Numbered from the stretch's first letter, positions 1 to 9,840 are shown. The stretch is DNA of 64,000 bases from an uncultured Trueperaceae bacterium (GCA_963727505.1 CAVSGP010000004.1:192001-256000), one strand, 5' to 3'. Notes: generated by a model from the sequence alone, not told the origin. Translations and numbers: made by a program.

Positions 1-2
1 TC

Positions 3-1556
3 ATCGAACAGATGCGCGAGGACATCGGCAAGCCCAAGAAGGGCTTCGAGCCGGCCATCGAGCTCGACACCGCCGACATCGACCTGATGAAGCGCGAGGC
101 CTCGACCGCCGGCCTGCGCGACGCCCTGCTGACGAAGGGCAAGCACGAGCGCGCCGACGCCATCAGGGCCGTCCGCGACGGCATCCTGGAACGCCTGGTG
201 CCCGACACCGATGCCGACGGGGCGAGCGATCGCCTCAAGCAGCTCAAGGCCGCTTACGACAAGGCCGAGCAGGCCGAGATGCGGCGCCTGGTGCTCGAGG
301 AGAACCAGCGCACCGACGGCCGCCGCCCCGACGAGATCCGCCCCATCTGGATCGAGACGGGCGTGCTGCCGATGGCGCACGGCTCGGCGGTGTTCACGCG
401 CGGTGAGACGCAGGTGCTGTCCGTCGCCACCCTCGGCACCGGCCGCGACAACCGCCTGGTCGACGACCTGGGCCTGGAGAACACCGAAGAGTTCATGCTG
501 CACTACAACTTCCCGCCCTTCTCCACGGGCGAGGTGAAGCGCCTGCGCGGGACCTCGCGCCGCGAGGTCGGCCACGGCAACCTGGCGCGCCGCGCGCTGG
601 TGCGGATGGTCCCCGGCCAGGAGGACTTCCCCTACGTGCTGCGGCTCGTGGCCGAGACCCTCGAGTCCAACGGTTCGAGCTCGATGGCCTCGGTGTGCTC
701 GGGCTCGCTGGCCCTGATGGACGCCGGCGTTCCGGTCCGCAAGCCGGTGGCGGGCATCGCCATGGGTCTGGTCAAGGAAGGTGAACGCTACGCCATCCTG
801 AGCGACATCCTCGGCTCCGAGGACGCGCTCGGCGACATGGACTTCAAGGTGACCGGTACCGGCGACGGCGTCACCGCTCTGCAGATGGACATCAAGATCA
901 CCGGCATCACGCCGGCGATCATGCGCGAGGCGCTGGCCCAGGCCCGCGCCGGCCGGCTGCACATCCTCGGCAAGATGGGCGAAGCGCTGCCCGCGCCGCG
1001 CGAGGAGATCTCGCCGCGCGCCCCGCGCATCATGAGCGTGCGCATCCCCGTCGACAAGATCGGCACGGTCATCGGGCCCGGCGGCAAGCAGATCCGCGAG
1101 CTCGAAGCGCTGGGCTGCACCGTCGAGGTGGCGGAGGACGGCCTCATCAAGATCTACAGCGAGGACGCCGCGGTCGCCAAGGAGGTCGCCCGGCGTATCG
1201 AGGAGATGACGGCCACCGCCGAGATCGGTATGGAGTACGACGGCAAGGTCGCCAAGGTGACGGATTTCGGTGCATTCATCACGCTCTTCCCCGGCACCGA
1301 CGGCCTGCTGCACATCTCGCAGATCGCCGAGGAGCGCGTGGAGCGCGTCGAGGACCACCTCAAAGAGGGCGACACGATCCGCGTCAAGGTCAACTCCATC
1401 GACGACCGCGGCAAGATCGACCTGGTACGTCCCGAGCTCGAAGGCAAGATCGCACCCCGCAGCAGCGGCGGCGGGCGCCGTGGAGGCGGCGGCGGGCGCG
1501 GCGGGCGCGATGGACGGGACCGCGGCGACCGCCGGCCCCCGCGCGACCGGCGCTGA
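3..1556 (+). CDS. pnp: Polyribonucleotide nucleotidyltransferase (PNPase), 5'-truncated by window edge
   Basis: RNase PH motifs (HGSAVFTRGETQ, ESNGSSSMASVC, GDMDFKV), KH domain (IGPGGKQI), S1 domain; frame open to window start. Confidence 0.98.
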   Translation: MEQMREDIGKPKKGFEPAIELDTADIDLMKREASTAGLRDALLTKGKHERADAIRAVRDGILERLVPDTDADGASDRLKQLKAAYDKAEQAEMRRLVLEENQRTDGRRPDEIRPIWIETGVLPMAHGSAVFTRGETQVLSVATLGTGRDNRLVDDLGLENTEEFMLHYNFPPFSTGEVKRLRGTSRREVGHGNLARRALVRMVPGQEDFPYVLRLVAETLESNGSSSMASVCSGSLALMDAGVPVRKPVAGIAMGLVKEGERYAILSDILGSEDALGDMDFKVTGTGDGVTALQMDIKITGITPAIMREALAQARAGRLHILGKMGEALPAPREEISPRAPRIMSVRIPVDKIGTVIGPGGKQIRELEALGCTVEVAEDGLIKIYSEDAAVAKEVARRIEEMTATAEIGMEYDGKVAKVTDFGAFITLFPGTDGLLHISQIAEERVERVEDHLKEGDTIRVKVNSIDDRGKIDLVRPELEGKIAPRSSGGGRRGGGGGRGGRDGRDRGDRRPPRDRR

Positions 1557-1569
1557 GCTGAGCCACACA

Positions 1570-1619
1570 GGGCCCTCCCGTTCCGCGACGGGAGGGCCCG
1601 GCGGCGCCGATGCGCCGCC
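1570..1619 (+). terminator. GC-rich hairpin pair downstream of pnp (putative terminator or processing site)
   Basis: Perfect 12-bp stem GGGCCCTCCCGT/ACGGGAGGGCCC (1570-1599), then GGCGGCGC/GCGCCGCC; no U-tract. Confidence 0.55.
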
Positions 1620-1920
1620 CCCTATCTGAATCGCGCGGCGCGGACCGCACGAACCACGCCCGGTGGGACCGAGCGCATCGGAACGAGCGCACCGCAGCGC
1701 CTTCCCCCTCGACCGACCGCGGCACGCCTCCCCTGGGAGGCCGGGACGACGCGAGGCCCGCGTCCCCCCCTATCTTGCGAGCACGGACCGCCCGTGAAGC
1801 CACCGGGCGGCCGCGCAACAAGCGATTCCGGCACGGCGCATGCCGTCGCCGACGCGAACACCCGCACCGGGTGCCGCGTGGCGAGCGTTGCGCTGCGCCG
1901 ATGGACACGAGAGGAGTGTC

Positions 1921-3576
1921 ATGGCTGCGGACGACCGCAAACTTCGCATCATCCCGCTGGGCGGCATGGGCGAGATCGGCAAGAACATGTTCGCCTTCGA
2001 GTACGAGGGCGAGATCCTGCTCATCGACGGGGGGCTCGCGTTCCCCGACGCCGACATGCTCGGGGTCGACATCCTGGTCCCCAAGATCGACTGGGTGGTC
2101 GAGAACGCCCACAAGATCAAGGGCTGGGTGCTGACGCACGGCCACGAGGACCACATCGGCGGGCTGCCCTACATGATCAAGCTGCTGCCCAAGATCCCGA
2201 TGTACGGCGCCAAGCTCACGCTGGGCCTGTTACGCGGCAAGTTCGAGGAGTTCAAGCTCTCCGAGTCCGACGTCGATCTGCACGAGATCACGCCCGACGA
2301 CCGCATCAAGATCAGCAAGTACTTCACCGTCGACTTCTTCCGCATGACCCACTCGATCCCGGACAACAGCGGGCTGGTCATCCACACGCCGCTCGGGCGG
2401 GTGGTGCACTCGGGCGACTTCAAGCTCGACTACAACCCCGCCGACGGCAAGACCAGCCACCTGCACAAGCTCGCGCAGGCCGGCGAGGACGGCGTGCTGC
2501 TGCTGATCTCGGACTCCACCAACGCCGAGCGCCCCGGCTACACCCCCAGCGAGCGCGACGTCATGGCCGCGGTCGACGACCTGGTCGCCAAGGCGAGCGG
2601 CCGCGTCATCGTCACCACCTTCTCCAGCCACGTCCACCGGCTGCAGAACTTCGTGCGGATCGCCGAGAAGTATGACCGACGCGTGGTGATGGAGGGGCGC
2701 TCCATGATCAAGAACGCCACCATCGCACAGGAGCTCGGTTACCTGGAGCTGAAGCAGCCCTTCGTCGCCAGCGACAACGTCGGCGACTTGCAGGACGACA
2801 AGGTGCTGTTCCTGTGCACGGGCTCGCAAGGGCAGCCGATGGCGGCGCTGAGCCGACTGGCGTCGGGCAGCCACCGCAAGATCAACCTCAAGCCCGGCGA
2901 CACCGTCATCATGTCGTCCAACCCCATCCCCGGCAACGAGGAGGCGGTGGGGCGCGTCATCAACCAGCTCTACGAGCGCAGGGTCAACGTCTTCTACCCG
3001 CCGACGTACAAGGTGCACGCCTCGGGGCACGCCTCGCAGGAGGAGCTCAAGCTCATCCTGGACCTCACGCGCCCACGCTTCTTCATGCCGTGGCACGGCG
3101 AGATGCGTCACCAGGTCAACCACCAGCGGCTCGCCGAGGGCATGAGCCATCCCCCCAAGAAGGTGCTCATCGCCCACAACGGCGACGTTCTCGAGTTGAC
3201 CAAGGACAACCTCAAGGTCGCGGGCCAGGTCGAGGCCGGCGTGCTCTTCATCGACAGCGTCGGCCGGACCGGCGACGAGGTCACCGAACCGGTCATCCGC
3301 GACCGCCAGATGCTCTCGGCCGAAGGCGTCATCGTCATCATGGCGCTGGCGGGACGCAAGCCGTCTGTGGAGGTCATCACCCGCGGCGTGGCGCAGGGCG
3401 ACAACGGACTGGTCAAGGAGATCGAACGCATCGCGCTCGAGGGTCTGCAGAAGGGCGTACGCGAGAAGCGACGGCTCAACGACATCCGGGACGACATCTT
3501 CTACCCGGTGCGTCGCTACATCCGCAAGGCCACCGGGCGCAACCCCCTCATCGTGCCCACGGTGCTCCAGGGGTAA
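1921..3576 (+). CDS. rnj: Ribonuclease J
   Basis: IIPLGGMGEIGKN, THGHEDHIG, HSGDFK, HASGHA, WHGE motifs; GAGGAG RBS before ATG 1921. Confidence 0.97.
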   Translation: MAADDRKLRIIPLGGMGEIGKNMFAFEYEGEILLIDGGLAFPDADMLGVDILVPKIDWVVENAHKIKGWVLTHGHEDHIGGLPYMIKLLPKIPMYGAKLTLGLLRGKFEEFKLSESDVDLHEITPDDRIKISKYFTVDFFRMTHSIPDNSGLVIHTPLGRVVHSGDFKLDYNPADGKTSHLHKLAQAGEDGVLLLISDSTNAERPGYTPSERDVMAAVDDLVAKASGRVIVTTFSSHVHRLQNFVRIAEKYDRRVVMEGRSMIKNATIAQELGYLELKQPFVASDNVGDLQDDKVLFLCTGSQGQPMAALSRLASGSHRKINLKPGDTVIMSSNPIPGNEEAVGRVINQLYERRVNVFYPPTYKVHASGHASQEELKLILDLTRPRFFMPWHGEMRHQVNHQRLAEGMSHPPKKVLIAHNGDVLELTKDNLKVAGQVEAGVLFIDSVGRTGDEVTEPVIRDRQMLSAEGVIVIMALAGRKPSVEVITRGVAQGDNGLVKEIERIALEGLQKGVREKRRLNDIRDDIFYPVRRYIRKATGRNPLIVPTVLQG

Positions 3577-3595
3577 TCCGGCCGGTCGCGGCCCA

Positions 3596-4246
3596 TCAAG
3601 CGATGGGGTCGTCGGCCCAGGGCGCGGGATCCGCGCCGCTCAGCCAGTCCCGCAGACGTTCCAGGGCGCGCGCCGTGAGCGCGCGCCCTTGCGTGATCAG
3701 GTCGTCCTCGACGAGCAGGGCGTTGCTGATGCGTCGCTGGCAGTCGTAGCCGGCGGCGGCCACGTAGCGGCCCTCGCGGTAGAGGTCGAGGGCGCGCTCC
3801 ACCGGCACCTCGTAGAGCACCGCGACCTCGTGACACGCCAGCGCGTATTCGGTCACCGGACGTTCCTCGCGCACCGCGTAGACGTCCTGGACCTCGCGAT
3901 CGAGGCCGTTCTCGTAGCTGCGTACCGAGCGTACACTCCCGAGGAACGTGAGCTGCCCGGGCCGCACCACCAGCCCGATCTCCTCCTCGGCCTCACGAAC
4001 GATGTCGACGAGGGTCTCGCCCACCCGCACGTGCCCGCCGACGGACACGTCGATCCGGCCGCCCTCGAGATCCTTGCGGCGCGAGCGGCGCTGCAGCAGC
4101 ACCAGCCGGCCCTCACGCACCACCCACAGATGGAAGGCGCGGTGCCAGTCGCCGTCGGCATGGACGGCCGCACGCGCTTTACCGCGGCCGAGCGGGGCGC
4201 CGTCGTCGTCGAGCAGTTCGAGCAACTCGTCGGCGGGGGTCGTCAT
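3596..4246 (-). CDS. NUDIX hydrolase (IDI-like)
   Basis: WHRAFHLW, GGHV..GE....VREAEEEIG Nudix box; TAGAAT 6 nt upstream of ATG. Confidence 0.85.
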   Translation of the reverse strand: MTTPADELLELLDDDGAPLGRGKARAAVHADGDWHRAFHLWVVREGRLVLLQRRSRRKDLEGGRIDVSVGGHVRVGETLVDIVREAEEEIGLVVRPGQLTFLGSVRSVRSYENGLDREVQDVYAVREERPVTEYALACHEVAVLYEVPVERALDLYREGRYVAAAGYDCQRRISNALLVEDDLITQGRALTARALERLRDWLSGADPAPWADDPIA

Positions 4247-4380
4247 GCGGTCATTCTAGGAGGCGGGCGCGGCAGCGGACGCGAACCATCGCGCATGGCC
4301 CGCGCAGGCTCCCGACGCTCGAACCTTCCCGCCTACCCACGCCTCCCGCTCGCCTCGTCTGATGCTGTTGCTGCTGCTGC

Positions 4381-4410
4381 TTGACGCGCCGCGCACGGCG
4401 CTCGTACACT
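4381..4410 (+). promoter_or_regulatory. Sigma70-type promoter for tRNA-Pro
   Basis: TTGACG-18nt-TACACT, ending 40 nt before the tRNA. Confidence 0.7.
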
Positions 4411-4449
4411 TTGTAAGCACCGACGCGGGCAAGGCGTCGGCGACCGCCC

Positions 4450-4526
4450 CGGGGTGTAGCGCAGCCTGGTAGCGCACTTGACTGGGGGTCAAGTGGTCGC
4501 TGGTTCAAATCCAGTCACCCCGACCA
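4450..4526 (+). tRNA. tRNA-Pro(GGG)
   Basis: Cloverleaf CGGGGTG...CACCCCG-A-CCA; anticodon arm CTTGA-CTGGGGG-TCAAG; GGTTCAAATCC T arm. Confidence 0.97.
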
Positions 4527-4555
4527 GATGAATGTCGTCCAGGACGGCAGAATGA

Positions 4556-4595
4556 AGGTGGGCCTTCCGAGACTCGGGAGGCCCACCTGTTTGTT
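4556..4595 (+). terminator. Intrinsic terminator after tRNA-Pro
   Basis: Stem AGGTGGGCCT...AGGCCCACCT followed by GTTTGTT. Confidence 0.7.
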
Positions 4596-4625
4596 GTGTG
4601 CCGGTTGTGTGCCGGTTGTGTGCCG
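4593..4625. repeat. 3 x 11-bp perfect tandem repeat GTTGTGTGCCG
   Basis: Read directly from the sequence. Confidence 0.9.
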
Positions 4626-4880
4626 ATTCGAGCCGACGCACGCCCGGGTTGACCAACTGGCAGATTCGGGATCGACTCATCACGGGTGAACCGTATTGGG
4701 TTTGATGGGGACTCCGTTCTCGCGGTCCGACGAAAGCGGTCCCCGCGCCCGATCGGGGTGGCGGATGGCCGCCCCGGGGCAACCGTCGCCACACGTCGAA
4801 CGGTAGGCCGCGTCTGCCAGGAGGGGTGAGGGACCAAGGTCTCTGTACCTACTCGTCGGCGCTTGCACCGTCCACCGGGG

Positions 4881-5864
4881 TCATGACCCGACCATTTCAA
4901 CAACACGAGAAGACGAGCCGGTCGCAGCCCCTGCCCGCTGCCCCGACCTCGCTTCGATGGCTCGCTCGATCTCGGGAACGGCGCGCAGTGCAGCCGAACG
5001 GCCGTAGGCGATGAGCCGGTCCAGAAGGTCGAAGTCGAACACGCCGATCTCGCGCGGAATCTCAACGACCAGCCGCACGTCCGCCTCGTCGAACTCTTCG
5101 GCCTGAAGACGGTGGGCTGTCAAAGCATTGAGGCGCAGAAGCAGGCCGACGCCGGTACGGGGAAGGATGGGCGCCAGAGGTGGCGTCACGCTGACCCCGA
5201 CGACGACATCGGCGCCAAGGGCCCGTGTGGCGCGAACCGGAAGGTTGCTGACCACGCCGCCATCGATGAGCCAATGCGAGCCCCGCGCAACGGGCGTGAA
5301 GACGCCGGGAAGCGCCGCGCTGGCATGGAGCGCCCTCGCAAGGTTGCCGGTACGCAGGACGGCCACATCGCCGGTCATCACATCGGTGGCGGTAGCGGCG
5401 AACGGAATGTCCAGCTCTTCGATGGCCCGGTGCGCAGCGATGGCATCGAGGTGCTTCTCCAACCGAGCACCCGAGTCGCGGCCCAACCCGAAGACATCGT
5501 GCTCGACGTAATCGACCGCCTCGAGCAGGCCACTAGCCCGTTGGCGCCACGAGCCGGACCGCCAAGGGTTCCCAGGCGCCTCCGACAATAGGTCCGCCAA
5601 GCGCGCGGGCTCCCCGATCAGTCCGGGGTCGGCCGCGAAGAGGCCTCCCACGATCGCGCCCATAGACGCACCAGCGATGGCGCCGATGGCGATGCCCGCT
5701 TCCTCGAGGACCTGCAGCACGCCAATGTGGGCCAGGCCGCGAGCGCCTCCTCCTCCCAACGCAACGCCGACACGGGTGCTCGGTTCGGCGCCCTTCGACG
5801 CGGTGCCTGGTAGCGCTGCGTCGAACGGGCGGTGGTTCACTCCTGACGCCAGAACTGCGGTCAT
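4881..5864 (-). CDS. Patatin-like phospholipase
   Basis: GGGGARG, GASMG nucleophile, SAALPG, DGG motifs. Confidence 0.93.
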   Translation of the reverse strand: MTAVLASGVNHRPFDAALPGTASKGAEPSTRVGVALGGGGARGLAHIGVLQVLEEAGIAIGAIAGASMGAIVGGLFAADPGLIGEPARLADLLSEAPGNPWRSGSWRQRASGLLEAVDYVEHDVFGLGRDSGARLEKHLDAIAAHRAIEELDIPFAATATDVMTGDVAVLRTGNLARALHASAALPGVFTPVARGSHWLIDGGVVSNLPVRATRALGADVVVGVSVTPPLAPILPRTGVGLLLRLNALTAHRLQAEEFDEADVRLVVEIPREIGVFDFDLLDRLIAYGRSAALRAVPEIERAIEARSGQRAGAATGSSSRVVEMVGS

Positions 5865-5879
5865 GGGTCCGTCTCCCTC

Positions 5880-6563
5880 CTAGTCCTGCAAGGAGTTCCC
5901 GCTGGCGCGGCTGGAAAGGTTGACGGTGCGAACGATGCTTGCGACGAGCACTTCGGCGTCGGCATCGGGACCGAAAAGCGCTTCGAACAACACGGTGTCC
6001 AGGAAGGTGCGGGCGATCTCGAAGGACGTCTGCGCATCGACGTCGGCCGCCGCCGATTCGCTCAGGACTTCACCCAGAGCGTCGAAGGCCAGCTGGCGGG
6101 CCTCGTCCCAGTGCGCTCGGACGGCCTCGCGTTGAAGGATCTCCCGCACCATGATGCGCAGCATCGGCGCGGCGTGCCTAGCTATACCGTATGCGCTCAT
6201 GCCGGCCCGTCTCAGGACCTCGTGGGCATCCAGGCGGGGTTCGCTCGTTGCGATGTCGGCGATGGTCGCGCTCAACAGCGGCAGCACGGTGCGCTCGTCG
6301 ATCAACGCCTCGAGCAGGCCCTCCTTGGCGCCGAAGTAGTGGAAGATCAGCCCCGTCGCCACCCCCGCCGTGGTGGCGATCACCTTGACCGGAGTCGCGT
6401 CGAAGCCGCGCTCCGCGAAGAGCGCCATCGCGGCATCGAGGATGGCGGCGCGCGTTTCCGCACCGCCACCCGCGACCTTCGGCCGCCGGCCGAGCGGCCG
6501 CTGGGGCGACGCCGGGCGATTGCGCGCCCCTCCGGTCTCGGGCAAGCGCTCTTCATTCGCCAT
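5880..6563 (-). CDS. TetR/AcrR family transcriptional regulator
   Basis: TRAAILDAAMALFAERGFDAT...IATTAGVATGLIFHYFGAKEGL HTH. Confidence 0.93.
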   Translation of the reverse strand: MANEERLPETGGARNRPASPQRPLGRRPKVAGGGAETRAAILDAAMALFAERGFDATPVKVIATTAGVATGLIFHYFGAKEGLLEALIDERTVLPLLSATIADIATSEPRLDAHEVLRRAGMSAYGIARHAAPMLRIMVREILQREAVRAHWDEARQLAFDALGEVLSESAAADVDAQTSFEIARTFLDTVLFEALFGPDADAEVLVASIVRTVNLSSRASGNSLQD

Positions 6564-6722
6564 CGCGCACCCCCCTTCCCGGCTGCACCGGAACGCAGCA
6601 AGCTCGGGCGAGCAGCGCGATGGTGGGGGTGCGCCTCCCCGAGCGCACCCCCACCATCGACCCAGCTTCCCATCGCATCATGTTCCCGAGCCCACTCGCC
6701 TCTACGGCCAGGTCCGCCACCA

Positions 6723-6929
6723 TCATGCCGACGGCCGGGCGGTCCCCTTCGTCGCTCCACCGATACCGGCCAGCGCTGAGAGCGCCGCCAGCGCTACGAC
6801 CACGCTCACGATCCACGCGTTCCAGGCTCCCGCAGACACACTCGCGAAGCCCAGCAACCACGGCGCCACGAACAGCCAGGCGCCCAGCACCAAGTTCGTC
6901 CAATCCTTCCAGCGGGACCAAGTCTTCAT
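6723..6929 (-). CDS. SPW-repeat small membrane protein (single repeat unit, 68 aa)
   Basis: WKDWTNLVLGAWLFVAPWLLGF...AWNAWIV; GGAGGAGG RBS. Confidence 0.75.
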   Translation of the reverse strand: MKTWSRWKDWTNLVLGAWLFVAPWLLGFASVSAGAWNAWIVSVVVALAALSALAGIGGATKGTARPSA

Positions 6930-6954
6930 CGCATTCCTCCTCCGATCAGTATCT

Positions 6955-7000
6955 AACTGACCGTTCAATTCATATTAGTCACGAACCCCTCTCGCGTCAA
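6955..7000 (-). promoter_or_regulatory. Promoter TTGACG-17-TAATAT with TetR-like operator AACTGACCGTTCAATT
   Basis: -35 at 7000-6995, -10 at 6977-6972; imperfect palindrome (12/16) at 6955-6970 over the predicted start site. Confidence 0.65.
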
Positions 7001-7512
7001 CCCCCTGGGGGTATATCGCGACCGTCCCGCCCCACCGGCAAATGCCTCTGGACCTTCCAGCGATCTAGCCGTATCATCCACATCGCTTTGGACCGGCCGA
7101 CACCGGGTCCCTAGGTCAGAGGTTCCGAGGAGACGGGGCCCCTTCCCCTACTGGACGGTGTTCGTGCAAGCGAGACAGAGGCACAAGCGGATTCGACCGC
7201 AAGCCACAGAGGAGGCTCCTTGAACGCGTTTCCGTCGACGAGAAGGCCCGAGCGGTCCTGCGACAGCTGCAGAGCCACGGTCGGAGCCTTCCGAGGAGGG
7301 TGCGTGGCGCGCACGTGTGCCGGAGGCCATGCCCACAGCGAGAGCCCCTGTCCACGACAGGGGCCGTGGGCCCATCCAGGCCTCGACCATGCCAAGAGGC
7401 GCGGGGCGGAGGGGATCCATACCCCCCAACGTTCTCGCCTCACGCGTCAGCTGGCCCGCCAACCCCACCCACACCCTTGCCCCCTTCCCGAAGCTCCGAA
7501 GTGAGGTAGCCC

Positions 7513-8286
7513 GTGCTGGTTCCCTGGACCGTAATCCTCCTCGCGGCGGTGGTCGTCGGCTTCGTCACGTCCGCCCTCCGCATCTGGATCGACCGCGTCT
7601 TCTTCGTCATCATCCTGCTCACACTGGGCCACCTGCCGATCAGAGAGGCAATCGCCCTGAACGTCCTGGTCCTGCTCCTCGCCTCGCTCACCCACGGGCT
7701 CGTGCGACGCGAAGGCTGGATCTGGGGAGAGTTCGCCCGTTTCCCATCCTGGGAAGGCTGGGCAGCCGTGCTCGCAGGGTTCACGGGAGGCGCCCTGGGA
7801 TGGACATGGGGGCTCATCCTCCCGGGCAGAGTCCTGCTCGGCGTGCTCGGCATCTACGCCATCGCGATGGCGATCCGACTCGCCGTGGTGAAGCCGCGGC
7901 AGGGCCGCCCAGACGCCGGCCACCCAGGCTGGATCCTGCCCATCGCCCTCGGTGCCGGCGCGCTCACCGGGCTCATCTCAGCGGGCGGCAAACCATTCGC
8001 CGTACCGCTCTACAACCGAGCCCTGGGGCACCACTGGCCGGTCGCCTACGCCATCGCAACGTTTGGTACCATCGGTGCCGCCATAGGCGCAGGCCTGACC
8101 CAGCTCGCGCTGAACGGTTACGGCCTCCCCGAAGTCGAGACCGTCCTGGCGGCCTGGGCCGGAATCTCCCTGATCGCGTGGCTCACCGACCGCATCTGGA
8201 GTCCCAAGCTGATGAGGGTCACTGCGCTCGCGGTGGCGGTCGTGCTCTTCCTGGTCGGCATCCGATTCAGCCTGAGCGCCTTCTAG
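7513..8286 (+). CDS. TauE/SafE-like (TSUP) membrane transporter, divergent
   Basis: About 8 hydrophobic segments; GALTGLISAGGKPFAVP resembles the TSUP Gly-rich repeat motif; GAGGT RBS before GTG. Confidence 0.6.
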   Translation: MLVPWTVILLAAVVVGFVTSALRIWIDRVFFVIILLTLGHLPIREAIALNVLVLLLASLTHGLVRREGWIWGEFARFPSWEGWAAVLAGFTGGALGWTWGLILPGRVLLGVLGIYAIAMAIRLAVVKPRQGRPDAGHPGWILPIALGAGALTGLISAGGKPFAVPLYNRALGHHWPVAYAIATFGTIGAAIGAGLTQLALNGYGLPEVETVLAAWAGISLIAWLTDRIWSPKLMRVTALAVAVVLFLVGIRFSLSAF

Positions 8287-8546
8287 GACGCGGGGCGGAC
8301 AACGGCGGTCAAGCGCCACGGCCGGCGCGGGAGTTGGGCGCAGTTCGTGGACAGTCTCGGGCTTGGGCTCTGGCCTCAGAACGCCAAGAAGTTGTGTCTG
8401 TACAGGGAGGCGCCCGTCCGTGCCGTGTACCGATGATGCTTCGCATGTAGAGGGTAGGGAGGCCGACCGCACAGCCGTATGCCGGACCGGACCCCTTGGC
8501 CCACGCATCATCGGACTGCGAGCATCCTGTGGCCGCCAGCCAGCCC

Positions 8547-9020
8547 CTAGCGAGCGCCGAACGCGACCAAGCGAGGATCGAACCGGATGGGGATGGGATG
8601 ATCGATCGTCAGCAGAGGAAAGCTGGGATGGTCTGGATTGATGATGATGTTCTGTTGAAGTGGCATCACTGCGCTGGGAACCGCCAATGCAAGGAACGCA
8701 CCATCCGCTCGCCAGGCTTCCCCGAGATCGCGTGTGATGGGCCCGATCGGGTTCGCGTCCCAGCTGGTGGGTAGGTCCTCCGGTGGTAGGCCGTAGACCT
8801 CGCCATCCGGGATCACTGCCCGGACGGCCAGGCGATCGCGAAGCGCGGATGCCGTTTCGGCGTTCGCCAGGATCTCCAACGCCGCCAGGGCAGGCGTGTC
8901 ACTCGTGTAGATCACACGCCGGTCGCGGTGGTTCCAACGTCCAGGACTCTTGGCGGCTCCTTCGCCAGAGAATGCCGAGTCGGCGTGCCGAACCGAGACG
9001 ATCCGCCATACGACCGTCAA
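8547..9020 (-). CDS. RES domain toxin (NAD+ phosphorylase family)
   Basis: WRI...AFSGEGA...GRWN, YTS...LAALE, VPSAV, NIIINPDHP; TTG start overlaps antitoxin stop. Confidence 0.92.
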   Translation of the reverse strand: MTVVWRIVSVRHADSAFSGEGAAKSPGRWNHRDRRVIYTSDTPALAALEILANAETASALRDRLAVRAVIPDGEVYGLPPEDLPTSWDANPIGPITRDLGEAWRADGAFLALAVPSAVMPLQQNIIINPDHPSFPLLTIDHPIPIRFDPRLVAFGAR

Positions 9021-9487
9021 GACGGGATGCCATACTCGATCCGGCCCAGCAGATCCTCTACCTCCTGAACGCCCGCATCCGTCCTGGCCATGATCAGCGG
9101 ACTCACGTTCCCGAGAGCGCGTTTCGGAGTTCGGATCCACTGTCGCGCCTCTGCCTCGTCTCCCAGCACAGCCACAGCTCTGGCGAGCAACCTGGTGAGC
9201 CGGTAGAGCCGGTCGCTCTCTTCGGCGGTCAGCCTCTTCGTCTTCTTCCTACGACCGAAGGTACTTCGTGAGATGTCGACGGCCCTCAGGACATCACCTT
9301 CCGGGACGCTCATGTACTCCGCCAGCCGAGAAACGGACGCGCTCTCGAGACCCCTACCAACCGCGCGGATCACGACGTCAGTGTCGGGCTCTTTCGGCAG
9401 GCCGAGGATCCTGACCGTGATCTTGCGAGAACGCATCTCAGGCGTCTCGACCTTCGGAATCCTGTAAGCCCGCCGAGCGGTCGTCAT
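9017..9487 (-). CDS. Xre/MbcA/ParS-type antitoxin (DUF2384)
   Basis: LTAEESDRLYRL...A..W...P.RALG..SPL...T..G...VEDLLGRIEYG pattern; immediately upstream of the RES toxin. Confidence 0.92.
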   Translation of the reverse strand: MTTARRAYRIPKVETPEMRSRKITVRILGLPKEPDTDVVIRAVGRGLESASVSRLAEYMSVPEGDVLRAVDISRSTFGRRKKTKRLTAEESDRLYRLTRLLARAVAVLGDEAEARQWIRTPKRALGNVSPLIMARTDAGVQEVEDLLGRIEYGIPS

Positions 9488-9514
9488 GTGGCCGTCATCC
9501 CTTCCTCGCCGTTG

Positions 9515-9542
9515 GCCCATATGGGCACATTGATTATAGCAT
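9515..9542 (-). promoter_or_regulatory. Extended -10 promoter (TGcTATAAT) and palindrome GCCCATATGGGC upstream of the TA operon
   Basis: TATAAT at 9538-9533 on the minus strand; perfect 12-bp palindrome 9515-9526. Confidence 0.65.
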
Positions 9543-9840
9543 CTGGCACTACTGCGTCTGGCACTGTAACATCGGGCATCGCCGCTTCCTGGCACCGACC
9601 GAGGGCATCGCGCTTTCCGGCGCGAATTGGCACCGCGTCCCCCTCGTCCGGACCAACAGCGGTCCCGGAATTCGTCCAACGGGCCGGCGTCCACGTCCGG
9701 CGGCACGCAGGTCACGCCCTCGAGGCCCGGACCCGGCGCAGTGCAGATGCGGGCTACAACACCGGAGCGTCCACCGCGAGTGCTAGCGTTGGCTGACCCT
9801 CCTATCCGGACGAGAGCACCCGCGAGGGTCCTAGGGGAAG

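Noticed and set aside
4593..4625. Short tandem repeats (also 17296-17383, 31468-31510, 56344-56391) as CRISPR arrays
   Set aside because: Units are 11-15 bp, contiguous, without spacers, and no cas genes are present
7100..7300. Moco-type RNA motif or the 94-aa ORF 7220-7504
   Set aside because: Consensus elements not matched; the ORF has no recognisable family
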